Assembly (NCBI RefSeq): GCF_000014265.1 | Contig: NC_008312.1 | Span: 4,650,001-4,682,000 of the forward strand | Direction: 5' to 3' | DNA length: 32,000 nucleotides | From: Trichodesmium erythraeum IMS101 | Lineage (GTDB): Bacteria; Cyanobacteriota; Cyanobacteriia; Cyanobacteriales; Microcoleaceae | Part shown: in pieces, positions 29,873-32,000 of the stretch | How the letters are laid out: every line of letters begins with the position of its first letter | Numbering within the stretch: the first letter of the stretch is position 1 | Program-made: the position numbers and the translations under genes | The notes under the pieces: generated by a model | The model's input: only the letters and a program-made list of their open reading frames with translations | Database searches by the model: none | Told to the model about the DNA's origin: nothing

Positions 29873-31199
29873 ATCTGAATTACTAGGTCCATCAATGTTT
29901 GTCGGAGCATTGATTTTGCTTTCCCTCGGTTATCCGGTAGCTTTTTCCCTAGGAGGAGTAGCAATAATCTTTGGTTTAATAGGTATTGGTTTAGGAGTTT
30001 TTGACCCTATATTTCTTACCGCAATGCCCCAAAGAATTTTTGGCATTATGGCTAACTATACTTTGTTAGCTATTCCCTACTTTATTTTTATGGGGGGAAT
30101 GTTAGAAAAATCTGGCATTGCAGAACAACTACTGGAAACAATAGGAATATTGTTTGGTCGAGTTAGAGGTGGTTTAGCTCTGGCAGTTGTTCTTGTCGGC
30201 GCTCTTCTAGCTGCTACTACTGGTGTTGTTGCTGCTACGGTAGTCGCAATGGGGTTAATTTCTTTACCTATTATGTTGCGCTATGGGTATAATAAAGAGT
30301 TAGCTACAGGTGTAATTGTAGCATCGGGAACTTTAGGCCAGATTATTCCCCCTAGTGTGGTTTTAGTAGTTTTGGCAGACCAACTGGGAATTTCTGTTGG
30401 TGATCTATTTATTGGTTCTATTTTGCCTGGTCTAATAATGGCAGGAACTTTTGCTCTTCATGTTTTGATTGTTTCTTTTATACGACCAGATTTAGCACCT
30501 GCTTTACCAGCAGAGGTACGAAATATTGGAGGGAAAAATCTCTGGATGAGGGTGCTAACCGTAATGTTTCCACCATTAATCTTAATTTTATTAGTTTTAG
30601 GTAGTATATTTTTTGGTATTGCTACACCTACAGAAGCTGGTGCTGTGGGATGTGTGGGAGCGATCGCTCTTGCTATAGCTAAAGGTAAGTTTAGTTGGAC
30701 CTCTTTAAGAAAAGTATGTGATGTTACCCTCCGCACAACTACTATGGTAATGTTTATACTTTTGGGTTCCACTGCGTTTAGTTTAGTTTTTCGAGGAGTC
30801 GAAGGCGATCGCTTTATGTTTGATTTGCTTTTTAATCTTCCTGGTGGTACGACTGGTTTTTTGATTGTCAGTATGGCAATTGTTTTTTTTCTTGGTTTTT
30901 TTATTGACTTTTTTGAGATTGCTTTTATTGTTGTACCTTTATTTGTACCTGTTGCACAACAACTTGGTATTGACCTAGTTTGGTATGGTGTGATCTTAGG
31001 GGCTAATCTTCAAGCATCTTTTTTAACGCCTCCCTTTGGCTTTGCCCTATTTTACTTACGAGGTGTAGCACCTTCAGAAGTTACTACTGGTCAAATATAT
31101 AGAGGTGCTATTCAGTTCATCTTACTTCAGTTATTGGTTTTAGTACTGATTATTACTTTTCCTAGTATTGTTAATTTTCTACCCTCATTGAGTGGATAA
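29856..31199 (+). CDS. dctM: TRAP transporter large permease subunit
   Basis: The 447-aa polytopic membrane protein has DctM-like motifs (LLAIPYFIFMGGMLEKSGIAE, SGTLGQIIPPS, PTEAGAVG, TPPFGFALFYL). Confidence 0.9.
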   Translation: MSLSFESELLGPSMFVGALILLSLGYPVAFSLGGVAIIFGLIGIGLGVFDPIFLTAMPQRIFGIMANYTLLAIPYFIFMGGMLEKSGIAEQLLETIGILFGRVRGGLALAVVLVGALLAATTGVVAATVVAMGLISLPIMLRYGYNKELATGVIVASGTLGQIIPPSVVLVVLADQLGISVGDLFIGSILPGLIMAGTFALHVLIVSFIRPDLAPALPAEVRNIGGKNLWMRVLTVMFPPLILILLVLGSIFFGIATPTEAGAVGCVGAIALAIAKGKFSWTSLRKVCDVTLRTTTMVMFILLGSTAFSLVFRGVEGDRFMFDLLFNLPGGTTGFLIVSMAIVFFLGFFIDFFEIAFIVVPLFVPVAQQLGIDLVWYGVILGANLQASFLTPPFGFALFYLRGVAPSEVTTGQIYRGAIQFILLQLLVLVLIITFPSIVNFLPSLSG

Positions 31200-31226
31200 A
31201 GATTTGATACCAAAATTCTCATGGAT

Positions 31227-31252
31227 AATGTATTTAATAAATACATTTTTTT
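31227..31252 (+). terminator. Candidate intrinsic terminator after dctM (A/T-rich stem)
   Basis: The sequence AATGTATTT-aat-AAATACATT runs directly into a T-run (TTTTTTT), about 28 nt after the dctM stop. The stem is weak because it is all A/T apart from one G-C pair. Confidence 0.4.
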
Positions 31253-31377
31253 ACCAGATTTAATATAAATTTAAGTATAAAGATAAGAAGAATAAATATT
31301 TATAACCTTTGGTCATAATTGCTAAATAATGATTACTGCTAAACTTAGTATAAAAAATAAGTAAAACTTTACCTCGT

Positions 31378-31673
31378 GTATTTTGACTAACTTAAGACTT
31401 GAAGCTATTGCTCCCAAATAAATAATTAAAAATTTTTCTTCACTATTGCTTATATCAAGAAGTTTAATATATACTGAACTCTCAGTTTTAATTTTAGTCT
31501 TGAGGGTTTACTTCTGATTACTATAAAAGTTAGTATTAAAAATGATTGAAAATTAATTGGGTATTTTTACTAACTCAAGACTTAAAGCTATTGGTAACCC
31601 AATAATTAAAAAAATTTCTCAACTATTGCATAGATGAAGAAATTTAATATATACTAACTATCAACTTCAATTA
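31378..31673. repeat. Two diverged direct copies of a ~115-nt non-coding element
   Basis: Copy 1 (about 31378-31493) reads gtattttgactaacttaagacttgaagctattgctcccaaataaataattaaaaatttttcttcactattgcttatatcaagaagtttaatatatactgaact. Copy 2 (about 31561-31673) reads gtatttttactaactcaagacttaaagctattggtaacccaataattaaaaaaatttctcaactattgcatagatgaagaaatttaatatatactaacta. By eye they are about 80-85% identical. Confidence 0.75.
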
Positions 31674-31720
31674 ATAGGAAGTTATTAAAAATAAGTCTAG
31701 TTCAACTTGGAGATATTAGT

Positions 31721-31894
31721 ATGAGTATGTCAAAAAAAATTGATGTTCAGCCAGTTCGGTCTAGTAAAATTCAGGTAGAGGTAAAAGATATTCTACAAAA
31801 TTCACTAGGAAAAAACTCACAAACAGGATTAAATTTTGACGCAGATGGTGGCGATCGTCACTTTGACTCAGATGGTGGTGATCGTCATCACTAA
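31721..31894 (+). CDS. Hypothetical 57-aa protein with a tandem DxDGGDRH C-terminal repeat
   Basis: Hand translation gives MSMSKKIDVQPVRSSKIQVEVKDILQNSLGKNSQTGLNFDADGGDRHFDSDGGDRHH. GGAGAT lies about 7 nt upstream of the ATG. The tail is encoded by a 27-nt tandem repeat (31835-31861 and 31862-31888, 24/27 identical). It falls below the ORF-track length cut-off, and coding status is unproven. Confidence 0.35.
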   Translation: MSMSKKIDVQPVRSSKIQVEVKDILQNSLGKNSQTGLNFDADGGDRHFDSDGGDRHH

Positions 31895-32000
31895 GAGTTC
31901 AATATTTAAGTATTTGAATGTTTGTTTTAGATGCTTAGGGGGTTAAGAGTTACCTATCATTAGTATCTCTAGCCATGTTAGTCTGAACATGACAAATAAA

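Noticed and set aside
1-32000. CRISPR arrays, rRNA genes, prophage or defence-system gene clusters
   Set aside because: I saw no regularly spaced direct repeats and no cas-like, restriction, toxin-antitoxin, retron or reverse-transcriptase-like ORFs. All long ORFs are accounted for by housekeeping functions or transposases.

Overview
Chromosomal segment from an AT-rich cyanobacterium (roughly one-third G+C by eye, not computed). The assignment rests on at least a dozen exact copies of the HIP1 octamer GCGATCGC, cyanobacteria-specific genes (ndhN, ldpA, a Ycf45-like R3H ATPase, DUF4278), and an S10/spc ribosomal cluster that lacks rpsJ and rpsN. Long ORF-free spacers and a heavy IS load resemble Trichodesmium-type genomes, but I cannot verify this without a search. 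Layout: (1) 1-9036, minus strand, a 17-gene ribosomal protein operon rplC-rplD-rplW-rplB-rpsS-rplV-rpsC-rplP-rpmC-rpsQ-rplN-rplX-rplE-rpsH-rplF-rplR-rpsE (rpsE cut by the window edge), with unusually long internal spacers. (2) 9037-10868, a 1.83-kb ORF-free divergent intergenic region. (3) 10869-19628, housekeeping genes ndhN, ldpA, R3H/P-loop ATPase, PBP2 (mrdA), cysE with a tandemly duplicated C-terminal module, and a PPOX-type flavoprotein. (4) 19.7-28.1 kb, an IS-ridden accessory patch. It holds two apparently identical 1376-bp IS701-like elements with frame-broken transposases that bracket a TPR gene and an alpha/beta-hydrolase gene. It also holds a decayed IS630-family element inserted at a TA inside a lectin-like ORF remnant, and an IS4-like transposase fragment. 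(5) 28.5-32 kb, a DUF4278 gene, TRAP transporter dctQ-dctM with no adjacent dctP, and a 57-codon ORF with a repeated DxDGGDRH tail behind a duplicated ~115-nt element. I found no CRISPR array, rRNA, convincing tRNA, or recognisable defence or biosynthetic system. The most interesting items are mobile-element dynamics, the cysE duplication, structured or ORF-free non-coding DNA, and the small repeat-tailed ORF at the window edge.
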